Below are positions 46,432-58,628 of a stretch of 64,000 nt of DNA, piece by piece; the stretch's first letter is position 1; every line of letters begins with the position of its first letter. Made by a program: the position numbers and the translations under genes. Below the pieces are notes generated by a model. It ran no database searches. It saw only the letters and a program-made list of their open reading frames with translations, and was not told the origin of the DNA. Origin of the DNA: Phyllosticta citribraziliensis (lineage: Eukaryota); the NCBI RefSeq assembly GCF_038025025.1, contig NW_027117338.1, positions 3,224,001-3,288,000 of the forward strand, in the 5' to 3' direction.

Positions 46432-48939
46432 ATGTCCTCAGTGGCCGCCCTCTTCCGCCGATCTGTCCTCTCTCTTCGACTGCCCATAGCACGACCGCCT
46501 CTACATCGCCCATTCGCCATGGCCGCCCGCTCCCAACCGCCGTGGCAGGCCCCGCCGTCTCGCGCCGACCTCGACCTCCCGCCGCTCCACGTATACAACT
46601 CGTTGACCCGCTCCAAGGTCCCGTTCGTGCCCATAGACGGCAAGAAGGTGTCGTGGTACGCCTGCGGTCCGACCGTCTACGACGACGCCCATCTGGGACA
46701 CGCGCGCAACTATGTCAGCACCGACATCATTCGGCGCATAATGCGCGACTACTTCAAGTACGACGTGCGCTTTGTCATGAACATTACCGACGTCGACGAC
46801 AAGATTATCCTGAGGGGCAGGCAGCAGCACTTGCTGTCACAATATACGAGCGAGCATCCGGAACTCAACGCAGAGGTCCAAGAGACGGCACATGAGGCAT
46901 TCGAGGCATACATCAAGAAGAACCTGCCATTACTACCCAAGGGATTGAAGCCTGCCGAGTTCGCGGAGCAGTCGAAAAAGGCGTATGGCCATGTTTTGGA
47001 GGGCAAGGCTGTCGAGGGCGACGGGCTGCCGGGCGACAAGGAGGCCAAGATCAAAATGCATCTCAAGACGGCGTCATCGGCGGCAGAAGCTCTGCTTCTT
47101 GCAGACGCAAAAAGCATTGGCGCCACCGAGTTCTACACCAAGACCGAGGATGTCTTTTTGCCGCATCTCGACTCTCTCTACGGCGCCACCATCAATGCCG
47201 AGGACCACAGCATCTTTACCAAGCTGACCCAAAAGTTTGAGAAGCGCTTCATGGAGGACGTGCGTGCTCTGAACTGCCTGGACCCCGATGTGGTGACCAG
47301 GGTGACGGAGTACGGACACCAAATCGTGTCGTTCGTGGAAAAGGTTGTAAAGAATGGATACGGATACGTCACGGCGGACGGCTCCGTCTACTTTGACATT
47401 CAGGCATTCGAAAAGGATGGCAACAACTATGCGAGACTGGAGCCATGGAACAGAAACGACAAGGACCTCCTGGCAGACGGCGAAGGAGCCTTGACCAACA
47501 AGAGCACAAAGAAGCGTTCGGATGCTGACTTTGCTCTGTGGAAGTCTTCAAAGCCAGGAGAGCCGGCGTGGCCGAGTCCTTGGGGACCTGGCCGGCCCGG
47601 CTGGCACATCGAGTGCTCTGCCATGGCCTCGGATGTCTTGGGCCAAAAGATGGACATTCACTCCGGCGGCGTGGATCTCGCCTTTCCTCACCACGACAAC
47701 GAGCTGGCGCAGAGCGAGGCTTTCTGGTCAGAATGCAGGCACGAGCACCAGACTCACCAATGGGTCAACTACTTTCTCCACATGGGCCACCTCTCCATTG
47801 CCGGCTCCAAAATGTCCAAGTCGCTGAAGAACTTCACCACCATCCGCGAGGCGCTGGGGCGCGGCGACTGGACGCCGCGCGGCCTGCGCATCGTCTTCCT
47901 CCTGGGCGGCTGGAAGGACCCCGTCGAGATCACAGAAGGCCTCGTCACTACGGGCGCCGGCTGGGAAGACAAGGTCAACAACTTCTTCCTCAAGGTCAAG
48001 GACCTGGAGCGCAACCCCAGCCCGGAGAACGCGGCGTCGGCAGAGGAGGACTCGGCTCTGGCGTCGGCCTTTGCCGCCGCGCAGACGGACGTCGACAAGG
48101 CCCTCTGCGACTCGTTCGACACGCCGACCGCCATGCAAGTCATCTCGCGCCTGGTGACGGACTACAACAGCGCGGCGACGCGGGCGTCGCTCTCGGACGC
48201 CACGGCGCTCAGCATCGGCATCTGGGTCACCAAGATGGTCACCATCTTCGGGCTGGACAGCGAAGGCGACCTGGCCAACCCCAACCGCATCGGCTGGTCC
48301 GGCATCGACATTCCCGCCGCCGCCGCGCCCTTTGTCTACCCGGCCGCTGCCCTGCGCGACGCCGTCCGCGACGCCGCAAAAGCAGGCAAGCCCTCGCGCG
48401 CCGCCATCGAGCAGCTGCTCGCCTCGCAGCCGGCCGCCGTCACGACGCAGCCCGCCGAATCGCTGCCGTTCGCCGAAGCCCTGACGCAGTTCCGCGACGA
48501 CGTGGCCGCGCTGGCCGCCGCCGACGCCCCCGCCGCCTCGTTCCTCGCCCTCTGCGACAAGCTGCGCGACGAGGCGCTCTGGAACCTCGGCATTTACCTC
48601 GAAGACCGCGACGCGCAGGGCCTGCCGGCGCTGGTGCGGCCGCTGTCGGCCGACCTGATTGCCGCGCGCGAGCAAAAGGACGCCCAGGCCGCGGCCAAGG
48701 CGGCGGCGAAGGCGAAGCGCGAGCAGGAGGAGCTGGACCGCAAGAAGCAGCTTGCGGAGAAGGCCAAGCTGAGCCACCTCGACATGTTCAGGACGGCTGA
48801 ATATAGCGCCTGGGATGACGAGGGCTTGCCGCTTAGAGACGCCAAGGGCGAGGAGCTGCCCAAGAGCCGCGTCAAGAAGCTGCGGAAGGAGTGGGAGAGG
48901 CAGCGCAAGTTGCATGAGGAGTGGAAAGCGGGACAGTAG
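46432..48939 (+). CDS. Cysteinyl-tRNA synthetase, intronless
   Basis: WYACGPTVYDDAHLGHAR (HIGH), MNITDVDDKII, DFALWK, GRPGWHIECS, DIHSGGVDLAFPHHDNE, KMSKS. Confidence 0.98.
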   Translation: MSSVAALFRRSVLSLRLPIARPPLHRPFAMAARSQPPWQAPPSRADLDLPPLHVYNSLTRSKVPFVPIDGKKVSWYACGPTVYDDAHLGHARNYVSTDIIRRIMRDYFKYDVRFVMNITDVDDKIILRGRQQHLLSQYTSEHPELNAEVQETAHEAFEAYIKKNLPLLPKGLKPAEFAEQSKKAYGHVLEGKAVEGDGLPGDKEAKIKMHLKTASSAAEALLLADAKSIGATEFYTKTEDVFLPHLDSLYGATINAEDHSIFTKLTQKFEKRFMEDVRALNCLDPDVVTRVTEYGHQIVSFVEKVVKNGYGYVTADGSVYFDIQAFEKDGNNYARLEPWNRNDKDLLADGEGALTNKSTKKRSDADFALWKSSKPGEPAWPSPWGPGRPGWHIECSAMASDVLGQKMDIHSGGVDLAFPHHDNELAQSEAFWSECRHEHQTHQWVNYFLHMGHLSIAGSKMSKSLKNFTTIREALGRGDWTPRGLRIVFLLGGWKDPVEITEGLVTTGAGWEDKVNNFFLKVKDLERNPSPENAASAEEDSALASAFAAAQTDVDKALCDSFDTPTAMQVISRLVTDYNSAATRASLSDATALSIGIWVTKMVTIFGLDSEGDLANPNRIGWSGIDIPAAAAPFVYPAAALRDAVRDAAKAGKPSRAAIEQLLASQPAAVTTQPAESLPFAEALTQFRDDVAALAAADAPAASFLALCDKLRDEALWNLGIYLEDRDAQGLPALVRPLSADLIAAREQKDAQAAAKAAAKAKREQEELDRKKQLAEKAKLSHLDMFRTAEYSAWDDEGLPLRDAKGEELPKSRVKKLRKEWERQRKLHEEWKAGQ

Positions 48940-49920
48940 AGAGGGGGAAGGGGGTTCTGCCATAGATGGACATTTCCAAAAAAGACGGACGTCGAGAGCG
49001 TCTGGGGCAGCATTTTGGTCATTTGACGATGCGCTTCAGAGGCAGTTCTGAAGCGCATCGTCTGCGAATAGAAGTCCGATACCGCATTCGAAGGCTTGAT
49101 TTTCATGGCCTCACTTCCGTCCTCACCTCACCTCGCGTCTTCATCTCCCTGCTCTTACCATCACAGCGGACCTCACGCGTCAATAGCCATGGTTTATTTT
49201 TTCCAGGCCGGTGATGGTGAAAAGTGCATGTTTCTCAGTAGACTGACTGCACAGGTGACCAATCTCGGTGCAGCTTCTTATTCAGGGTCTCTCGATTGGC
49301 GCGGCAGCTCTGATTGTTTAAACGTTTGCATTTTGCGGCTTAAATGTCCAAATAAGGTGTAGCTTTTGCAGGTCCATTGGTTACCATGCCCTTGAAGGAC
49401 GGGGCGGAAGCGTGCCCTCCCGGGTTCAGCGTTGGTTAACGGCGGACTTCTTCGATGTAGTGTTTGCAGGCGGTTCCTGCACGCAGCTCAATGGAGGCTC
49501 TTCGAGAAGGCACATCAGACAGGCGCATCGTCGACAGCAGCAAACATCGGCGACAGATGGATGACATGGAGGTTTGTAATAAGCTTATACCCGCAATGCT
49601 CACGCCTTGTCCGCCGTGCAAGCTTCGAGAAGGTGTCCTAAGCAGACGGAGGAGCACAGAAGGGGGAGAGTCAACCGCGTCTTGACTCTTGAGACGGTGA
49701 GGCTGTTCTTGAAATTGGCGTCGTCGTCTTGTTTCTTGTCAGCGGTTCGGCTGTCGCCGATGCCGTGGCAGAGGGAGAGAGAGAGAAAGAGCATCCTGGT
49801 CGGAGCAAATGGCAACATGAACCCCGGAACACAGGCCGCAGCCGAGTGCAGATCATGGCTGGCCATCTTGTTTCATCTCCCTCTCTCAAGTCTCAATCCA
49901 CACGCCGGCACTGCGACGAC

Positions 49921-49961
49921 CGCACATCAGGGCCGCACATCAGGGCCGCACATCAGGGCCG
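49921..49961. repeat. 3 x 13-bp perfect tandem repeat CGCACATCAGGGC
   Basis: cgcacatcagggc cgcacatcagggc cgcacatcagggc read directly. Confidence 0.9.
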
Positions 49962-50491
49962 TCGGCACGCGACTCGAATCAGCCCTACGAGACGGCAGGG
50001 TCTACGGCACGGAAAGATGCATCGCGAGTTGACGTCGCGACAAGCCTCAAGGCCGCGCAGGTTCTGCATGTCACATCAGGCCTGACATGCATAGGCACAT
50101 GAAAGAGCACAGGGAGATTCAGGATCGGGGATCCTAACGGGCGCCGGGCTGGCCCAACCCAACGGTGGTTTCCTCTTGAGTGGGCAGCTGAGGCCCTTGA
50201 CGCAACCACCGTTGGCCAGAGTCTATCCAAATGAGATGCTGCAACACTTCTCATGTCACCGTCGACCGCATTTTTGCAAAATACCGTAGGTGCCATGATT
50301 GCTCCGCTCTTTTGCCCCCCCCCCCCCCCGTCAGCGCCATGACTCTGTGTCGCCGGCCCTGGCTGTCCGATGATGCTTTCCTTTAATATCATGGATGCTC
50401 TCGCAATTCCTTGAGTGCAACGGTCGCAGCCAAACTCTCTGTCGTTTTTTTCTTCGCAAGTCATTCCTTTTTTTGCCGAGTAGCGCTCAAG

Positions 50492-52125
50492 ATGCGTTTC
50501 TCATCCACGCTCATTGCGGCTCTGGCCATCATTCCTTCACTGGTCGCCGGCCAACTCTCCGGTCCTGTCGGGCCCAAAACAACCGTCGAGCAAAAGAAGG
50601 GCGTCAAGGTGTGCGACGTGACCCAATTCGGCGCCAAAGCAGACAAATCGACAGATCTGGGGCCCGCCCTCTTCAAAGCGCACGCGGCCTGCAAGACGGG
50701 CGGCGTCGTCGTCATCCCCAAGGGCGACTATGCCATGGCGACGTTCGTCAAGCTGGCCGGCGGCGCGGCGTGGGCGCTGCAGCTCGACGGCGTCATCTAC
50801 CGTACCGGCACAAAGGTCGACAACATGATCATGATCGAGCACACCAAGGACGTCGAGGTCTTCTCCAGCACGGGCGCCGGCGCCATGCAGGGCAATGGCT
50901 TCGAGTTCCATCGCAAGAACTCGCGCACTGGCAGTGGGCCGCGCCTCATACGCTTCTGGGATACGTCGGACTTTTCGTTCCACGATGTCGCCCTCGTCGA
51001 CGCGCCTTCTTTCCATCTCGTCATTGACACGTGCTCGAACGGCGAGATTTACAATCTGGTCATTCGCGGCGCCTACATGGGCGGGACCGACGGCGTCGAC
51101 GTGTGGGGGACCAACCTGTGGCTCCACGACATTATGGTCACCAACAAGGACGAATGCATCACGATCAAGGTAAGCCATGCACTCGCAGCCATCGCACACA
51201 GCAGTGGGACCGTCTCTTCTAACCAGCCCGCCACGCGCACAACAGTCGCCCTCGAAATTCATCCTCATCGAAAGCATATACTGCAACTGGAGCGGCGGCT
51301 GCGGCATGGGCTCGCTGCCCAGCAACACGGACATCAGCAACATCCACTACAAGAACGTGTACACGGTGCGCTCCAACGCCATGATGCTGATCAAGAGCAA
51401 AGGCGGCGGCGGCACCGTCAAGGACGTGCGCCTGGAAAACTTCATCGGCCACAGCAACGCCTACGGCTTCGACCTCGACTCGGACTGGATGGGCCAGAAG
51501 CCCAACCCGGGCCGCGGCGTCTCCATCACCGGCGTCGTCGCCACCAATTGGAAGGGCCGCATGCTGAACGGCGCCCAGCGCGGCGTGCTCAAGGCCGTCT
51601 GCGGCCAGGTGCCGTGCACGGGCATCACGCTCGAAGACGTCGTCCTGGGGACCGAGCAGGGGAACAAGCACCGCAACCAGTGCGGGTCGTCGTACGGCAG
51701 CGGCGGGTGCCTGAAGCCGGGCAGCGGCGCGTCGTATGCGATCGACGAGCAGATGGTGGACGCGCCGACGAGCGGATTCGAGGCGCAGAAGCTCGCCGAC
51801 GACTTGACGAACCACTTTGGCACCGACCAGCCCATCCCTCTTCCTGAGAAGTGGCCGGCGCAGTTCTTCCCGGGGATCAAGCCGCTGAAGGCGTTGGCGG
51901 CTGGCGGCGGTGCTGGCGGGACGACGACGACGACGACCGCTGCGGATAATGTGCAGGAGAAGACGCAGAGCCGTACGTTTCCTATCCACCCCCCCCCCCC
52001 CCCCCCCCCCTCCTCTTATGCTGAGCTCCTCATACTAACAATCTGCAGAGAAACGGCCGCCTCCGCCTCGCCAGCGCCGCCGTCGTCGCAGTGCCGCTGC
52101 CGCCGCCGAGCGCGCTGTCGCCTAA
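50492..52125 (+). CDS. Secreted GH28 rhamnogalacturonase (RGase A-like); introns 51170-51245 and 51973-52048
   Basis: Signal MRFSSTLIAALAIIPSLVAG, QLSGPVGP, LVDAPSFH, GGTDGVDVWG, NKDECITIKSP, WSGGCGMGSL, MMLIKSKGGGG. Confidence 0.93.
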
Positions 52126-52954
52126 GCTGTGCAGCAGTGGGTAAACATGCACGCACGAAGGCAACAGGACACGTAGTGGCAACGAACTGCAAGCGATGGA
52201 AGCAAAGGTAGGCAGGTAAGGCGGAAGGTAGTGGCACTGTATAGTATATATACACGCAGGACACGAAGCGCGAGCATAGCATGCCGGCTGATGCGGAGTG
52301 AATGGGTATAATCGAAACGAAAGTTATGCACGCTAGAAGACATACGATGCAGACAACACGCGGAAAGTGAGAGGTGAAATCGTAGAGTAGGTATACTGCG
52401 TGCCAAACCTCTTCTGCACTCGCTCCTCCTGTCCTTACTATCATTTGCCCACACGCTCAGGAGGTACTGCATTCTCCCGCCACCAACTCAGTTGACTAAG
52501 GATCCCCTCTAACCATCCGCGATGAGAATACTCGGAGCAAACTTATCGTCACGCTCGCTGCGACAAACTCCAAGTCGTGCCGCCGACCAACGCCGCATGT
52601 CCTTCGCCCCAACTCCATGTGTCGTAAAGAGAAGCGCATACAGTCTGGTGGTCTCCATCCATTCAGGATACAAACGACGCCAGTGACGACGAGCGGACAA
52701 GGCCCGTACGAGGTGGCTTGGTCGTCGTGGCTCTGGTCGTACATGCGAGCGCAACTCCTAGCCAGGGAGCGAGCGAGCGAGCCCCCCGTCCAACGCCGGC
52801 CCTCCAGAGTCGTCCTGTCATCTTTTGCTGTAGATTGTATTGAGTTTTTTCCGTACATGCTTTTGACGATTCTTTCTGCTCGTACAGCCCACGCCACGCT
52901 GTCCGTCGCTCGTCCATGAGGCACGAGGCCTTTGGGATCGACCTGCCGGTTCGT

Positions 52955-54337
52955 CTAGTCCATGCCCACGTACTTGAACCAGTTGGGGCGGCAGTCTTCC
53001 TTGTTCAGCCAGGACTCGCCGTCGGTAAACTTGCCGGCCGAGCAGCCCTTGCACTTGGGCGAGTTGGGGCAGTTGAAGTAAGGGATGTGTTGGTAGCCAA
53101 TGTCGCGGAACCTGTATGACGTAGAGTCGTGTCAGCTGTGTGCTCCCTTTCATGGCAAGGGCTGAATGTGCGTCGGCAGGACTTACCAATGGATCTTGCT
53201 CTTGTCCTCGAACAGGCCGAGCGCAATCGAGTGTACCGGAGCGTCGCCCCAGCGCTCATAGAAGAAGCCGCCCGAGCGGTCCAGGTGCTGGAAGAACTCC
53301 TCGTACTGCTTGCTGCGCCAGAAGTTCATGTCGCCAATCTCAAAGTTGCTCCAAAAGTGGCAGGTGCTGTAGCCATTGGCCAGCAGGTTGTGCTCCTCGC
53401 GGCGCTTCGAGTCCGTTAGCCAGTCCATGGCGTTGTTGGGGTGCAGGTAGCGGGCGTGGTCGTCGGACGCCAAAAACTTGAGCGTCTCGGGCCACAGCGT
53501 CGCTATGCTTTGCGGCGAGTCGTAAATGTTGACCGTAAAGCCATATGTCTTGTTGTTGTCATGCATATAGCGGAAGACGTCGTAGTCGACGTCGCAGAAG
53601 AAGTGGACGTGCGGCTCCACGCGCCAGTAGTAGCGGTAGTTTTGCAGGGCCGGGTGCTTGTAGAACATGCCACTGTTCCAGCGACACATTTGGTGGTAGG
53701 AGATCTTCTCGGCGTATTGCACGTCTTGCTCCTTGAGTACTTGGGCCGACTCTTGGAACAGGTCCATGTTGATCCAAGCGGGGACCTCCCAGTGCTCCTT
53801 GGGAACGAGTTCTGCAGCAATTAGCAAGCTGAGTTCAATGTCCTGTTGTCCCATGGCGTACCGTAGCGCACCTCAGCCTTGGTAGCGGCCTTGGTCTTGC
53901 GCTTGAATTCCTCGGTGAATGGTACGTCATTCAAAAATGTCCACGGGTAGTTGAATTTTGAGTTCCATGTCCTCTCCAAGTCGCGCATCGACTGCAGTAT
54001 TTCCTCGAGCTCCGAGTTGCGTACAAGGGAGAGAATGGTGGCGTTGATGCGGTCCGAGTTGGGGTTGTCGGGGGCGTAGTTATTTCCTTCAACTCGTCTC
54101 AATTCGCCAGCAGGCTCGCCAGATACTGGAGAGAGGTTAGACTCAAAGACAAGGGATCTGGGGCTTGAAGAGATGCTAACCCTCGCTCTGGGGGTCGTGG
54201 GTCCATTTGTCTGTCTTGGTGTCGGAGGTTGGTAGCGATATTCTAGGTGTTGAGCCGGAAAAGACCTGGTATAGGACGACGACGAAAAGGACGAGGGTGA
54301 TTGCGGCGAGGGCGCGCAGACCCCGTGGCAGGGCCAT
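52955..54337 (-). CDS. GT15 alpha-1,2-mannosyltransferase (Kre2/Ktr family), 4 exons
   Basis: Type II TM anchor (MALPRGLRALAAITLVLFVVVLYQ), NATILSLVRNSE, SYHQMCRWNSG, YYWRVEP, CHFWSNFEI, FFYERWGDAPVHS. Confidence 0.95.
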
Positions 54338-54554
54338 GGTGTAGAATGGGTTGTGTCCGCAGGCTGGCGACCTGAGGTTGCGTTGCGGTCTTGGGCAGCG
54401 GAGGATTCAAGGAAGGCTGCTCCTATCCGCCAGCTCGCCGCCTCGTCCTGATTGGCCGCCACTCGTGCGCCACAGCTGGTGTGCCACGGGCCGTGACGTG
54501 ACGCGCGGCGCGTCTCCCATCAACACCTCATGTCGACGACACCCAGCCAATGCC

Positions 54555-57472
54555 ATGGCTCACTCGGCCACCATAAACAATACTGGCGCTGACCTCTTTG
54601 TAAACATTGCCGGCTCTTCTCAGGTTCGCTATCCGACCGTCTTCCACACAGCTTCAAACTCACCGTCACCAGGGCAACACCCGCAAATTCAAGAGGTCAA
54701 GGGACGCCTTTCTCCGCGGTCTGCGCTCCCAGCAATGGCAGCGCGTGAACCAGTTTGACGTCCAGGCCAGCTGCGAAGGTCTGGTCGAAAAGTTCTTCGT
54801 CCTCAACCGGCAGGACTTGGCCGAGGCTCTCTCCGATCGCCTCAAAGAATTGTCCAAACGGTCGTCCCGATGGATTCCGGAAATCCTCACTCTGTTACTG
54901 CATCTCCAGGGCGATCCGGTGAATCAGTCTCGGGTTGAAGACTTGGAGAAGCTTAAGCCTCCCGAACCACCGCCTCCACTCACATGGGCCGACATCATTG
55001 CAGACGATCCCCTCGATGAAGAGGGCCTCTGGGATGACGTTGATTATACTCGCTCCTCGGACGACGAGCTTTTGCCGGAGCCCAAGCAACACAAGTCGCG
55101 CAGGCGGGAAATCACGCCAGCCTCGTCGTTGGATGAAGACGACTGGATCGCTGCTGCGCAGGCCTGCGTCGTCGTGCCAGACTCGCAGCCTTTACAGCAA
55201 GTTACAGACGGCCAGTTCTGGAGACAGGAGCACGAATTGTCGCGCACATTGGACCGAGTGACCGTGACAGAGCTGCAAGCCGTGCGGGAGACGCTCTTCA
55301 TGCTCGCTGGTCTTCCAACATCTCTTTACCAGTCAGACTCTTCGAAAAAGATAGGATGCAATGTCAATTATTCCGTCAGTCATGTCATGGCGTCCACGTG
55401 GGGACATCAATTACAAGAATTTGCAGAATTTGGCACGGGGCTATCGCAGCTCCGCCTTTGGACCAAGGAAGCTCAATCCGTCGCGCTTGTACAAACATTT
55501 CGGGCCGCCGTCTTGGAAGAAATAAGGTCGTTCGAAAAGTTTCTATCCGAACTCCAGGCAACCTTCCTCGACTCTGCGGCCGTGGCTGTGTCTATTGCAG
55601 ATGTACTTAGTAGAGTCCGGCCGCAAGCCAGCCTCCGCCTCCGCCTAAAGGACCTCATTCAAAATGCCTCTCAAAAAGTCCAAACCACGCCTTTCGTTCT
55701 TCTCGAAGCGCTCTACGATGAAGTAAATCTGGCTCAAATGACTGGAGAAGCCGACGTGTTCAACTTCCTCGGCCGCATTTTCTTCGCCTGTCTAAAGACA
55801 TACCTCAAGCCGATAAGGAGATGGATGGCAGAGGGGGAGTTGGGAACAGACGACCAAATCTTCTTCGTCGGCACGGCAGACAAGAGCAGTGAAGCCGCCT
55901 CGCTGTGGCACGATCAGTACGTCCTGCGTCAAGATGGCCAAGGACGGCTGCATGCTCCCAGCTTCCTGCATCCCGCCGCCAGAAAGATTTTCAATTCGGG
56001 CAAAAGTGTTGTCTTCCTGCGGGAGATGGGAAAATACGAGCGCGCCGTCTCTACCGGGCAAGAGGAGCCGCGTCTCGACCTCGAGACGGTGTGCAGAAGT
56101 GGTGTGGCCATCCATAACCACTCGGCAATGCCCCTGGTCTCCTTCTCCGAGCTCTTCAACTCGGCGTTTGAGAAATGGATTAGGAGCAAATACACGTTTG
56201 CGTCGTCGGTTCTGCGCGAGCAGCTCTTTACCAACTGCGGGCTCTGGACCTCACTCGACGCCCTGAAACACGTCTACTTTTCCAAAGACGGCACCCTGCT
56301 GCAGGCGTTCGCCGACGCGCTGTTTGACAAGATTGACCGCAACCGCGACGGCTGGAACGACCGCTACCTCCTGACAGAAATCGCCAGGAGCGTGTTCGGC
56401 TCCGTTGCAAGCGTGAGCCCTGAGAAGCTGGGCGTGCGCACCGCGGCGACCAAGGACTCGAGGCGCTCTGTGAAGGCCCTTGCCAGCATTTCTATAGACT
56501 ACTTTGTACGTCCACTCTTCTCGCATTGGTTCTATGTGCACGCTAACAGGCGGCTGCCTCTAGCTCCCTTGGTCCATAACCAACGTCATTCAGCGCAGCT
56601 CGTTACCAGTATATCAACGTATCTCAACGCTCCTCCTACAGACATACCGCGCACGTCACATCCTACGCAGCGCCAGCCTCTCCATTTCCCTCTCCTCAAC
56701 TGATCGCAATCGTGAGGCCCGCCTCCGTACCCTCCTCCGTCACCGCCTCCTCTGGTTCGCCGACACACTACACGCATACACTACAACGACCGCCATTGCG
56801 TCCTCTACAACGGCGCTGCGCAGCGCCCTCGTCACCGCCGACGACATCGACGCCATGGCCGCCCTGCACGCCGCCTTTGTCGCGGACGTCGAACGTCGCT
56901 GCCTGCTTGCGCCCGCACTGCAGCCTATTGCCGATGCTGTTGTCGAGCTGCTCGATATGGCGGTGCGCTTTGTTGATTTGAGTCGTGAGGGCGAAACCGC
57001 GGCTGGCGTCGAGCTCACGAATGCAGGCAAGGGGCGAAGAGGCAGCGCAGCGACAGTCGCGAGTGCCGCTACCACTGGGACGTATCGACGGCGCGACCGG
57101 CCGCGCGACCACCGCCGTGTTTCGGCGATGCAGGTCGCGCTGGTGGAGGAATCGTCGTCCTCAGACTCGGACGACGACGTGGTCGAAAAGGAGGATGAGG
57201 ACGAGGTAGATGAAGACGGAGACAACTCTACCAAATACCTCAAGCCTTTGCCTGCTGATACGACCACACCGCGTCAGCAGTCGGCCGGTTCGTTGGTGTC
57301 GGCTCTCCAGCAAATGGCTCAGCAATTTGAGCAGCTGCACGGCTTCATCGTCGCGGGGCTGCGCGGCGTCAGTCGTGCGGGCGACGAGCGGTGCTGGGAG
57401 ATGCTGGCTGAGCGATTGGAGTGGGAAGGCGTGCAAGGCACTGCAACGCAGGGAAGAGGGAGAGGGAGGTAA
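54555..57472 (+). CDS. Gamma-tubulin complex component (Spc97/Spc98 family, GCP5-like); introns ~54624-54672 and ~56506-56562
   Basis: RVNQFDV...GLVEKF, PEILTLLL, TELQAVRETLFMLAG, TYLKPIRRWMAEGEL, PSFLHP...IFNSGKS, WNDRYLLTE, GLRGVSR...WEMLAERL. Confidence 0.85.
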
Positions 57473-58516
57473 GAAGCATATAGAGAATGGTAGCATCGTG
57501 ATGGGCATGCAGAGGAACTGGGGTGAAGATATAAGGGGCTAGCACGCAACGCAGCTCCTCTCCATATCATAGCAACACGGTGCTCCACCAATGATTCATT
57601 ATGTCGATTATATTTGCTTCACGACGCGGTCTGCCCGGGAGCATTCATGTGGATACTCGCGTGCCACAGACCGCACAAAGTTGATAGCAAACCATTGACT
57701 CTCTTCCACCCTCCCATCAGGTGGAAGATCCCCTTGGCATCCAGCTGAATCGCTGGCGCCGTTGCAGTCGAACCAAGGGCCTTCGAAGGCTCTTTATATC
57801 CCATCAACTCCGCACGCACAGACGCCGCTGGTGGTGCAGAAGGCTCGTGATGCTGCGTGCGCGTGCTCTCGCTCTTTCGTGTGACTGCAAGGTCAGAATG
57901 ACAGGCCAGACCAGGCGTCAGTGTTAACTCACCACCCCGCTGGAGTATAAAACCACGCCGCCCTCCCACCCACAACCTCGAACTGCAGCGCTGGCAGCTT
58001 CTTGACAGGAGTCGGCGGACGAGGAGCCCTACTGCGGTCGGGAAGCACAGAAGGCAATATTGATTTACTGTGCTGGCGATATGCGTTTGTCAACTTTACT
58101 TTTTCCTTTGGTTGCTTGCTGCGGAGTTGGCGATGCTCTGCCGTGGTGTGGTGTGGCGCAGAGGGAGCATTTCTGCGCTGGCTGCTCGTCAGCATGGTGG
58201 CTCGATGATGCGCTCCACCGACTCCGCAAGAGCATTGGCATCATCGATCCATGTCGTTGCCCCCACAGTATACCCAGGAAGTTGAAAGTAGGTCTCATTC
58301 AGGGGCTCAAAAGGGGCACACCAACGGCTCCCCCAAGTTTAATGATCTGGCGCCCACCCCGACAAGTCAATGCGGGCGTTGGAACTGTTCTTGTCGCCAG
58401 GTGCGCCGCATGTGCAGTGGAAGAGTGAACTGTCCGTTCGGTTTTATACCTGTGTGTAGAGGGCGTCACCTGCGGTGGGAGACAGTCATGAGGGGCTTGC
58501 TCCCTGCTGTCTGCAT

Positions 58517-58628
58517 GTGCGAGCGACGACAGAGCATTCGGCAGCTGACACGTGCGAGCGACGACCGAGCACCCATTCAGGAGCTTCTGGCGCGTGTGAG
58601 CGAAGACGGAGCATTCGGCAGTTGGCAC
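58517..58628. repeat. Degenerate minisatellite, 3 x ~35-42 bp (GTGCGAGCGACGAC.GAGCATTCGGCAG...)
   Basis: Units start at 58517, 58552 and 58594. Confidence 0.8.

Noticed and set aside
9678..48939. Apparent cluster of tRNA-related genes (QTRT2-like, TFIIIC tau95, TRM61, CysRS)
   Set aside because: Spread over ~39 kb among unrelated genes; only the TRM61/CysRS pair is tightly linked.
58517..58628. Repeat as a CRISPR-like array
   Set aside because: Eukaryotic context, no unique spacers, no cas genes.
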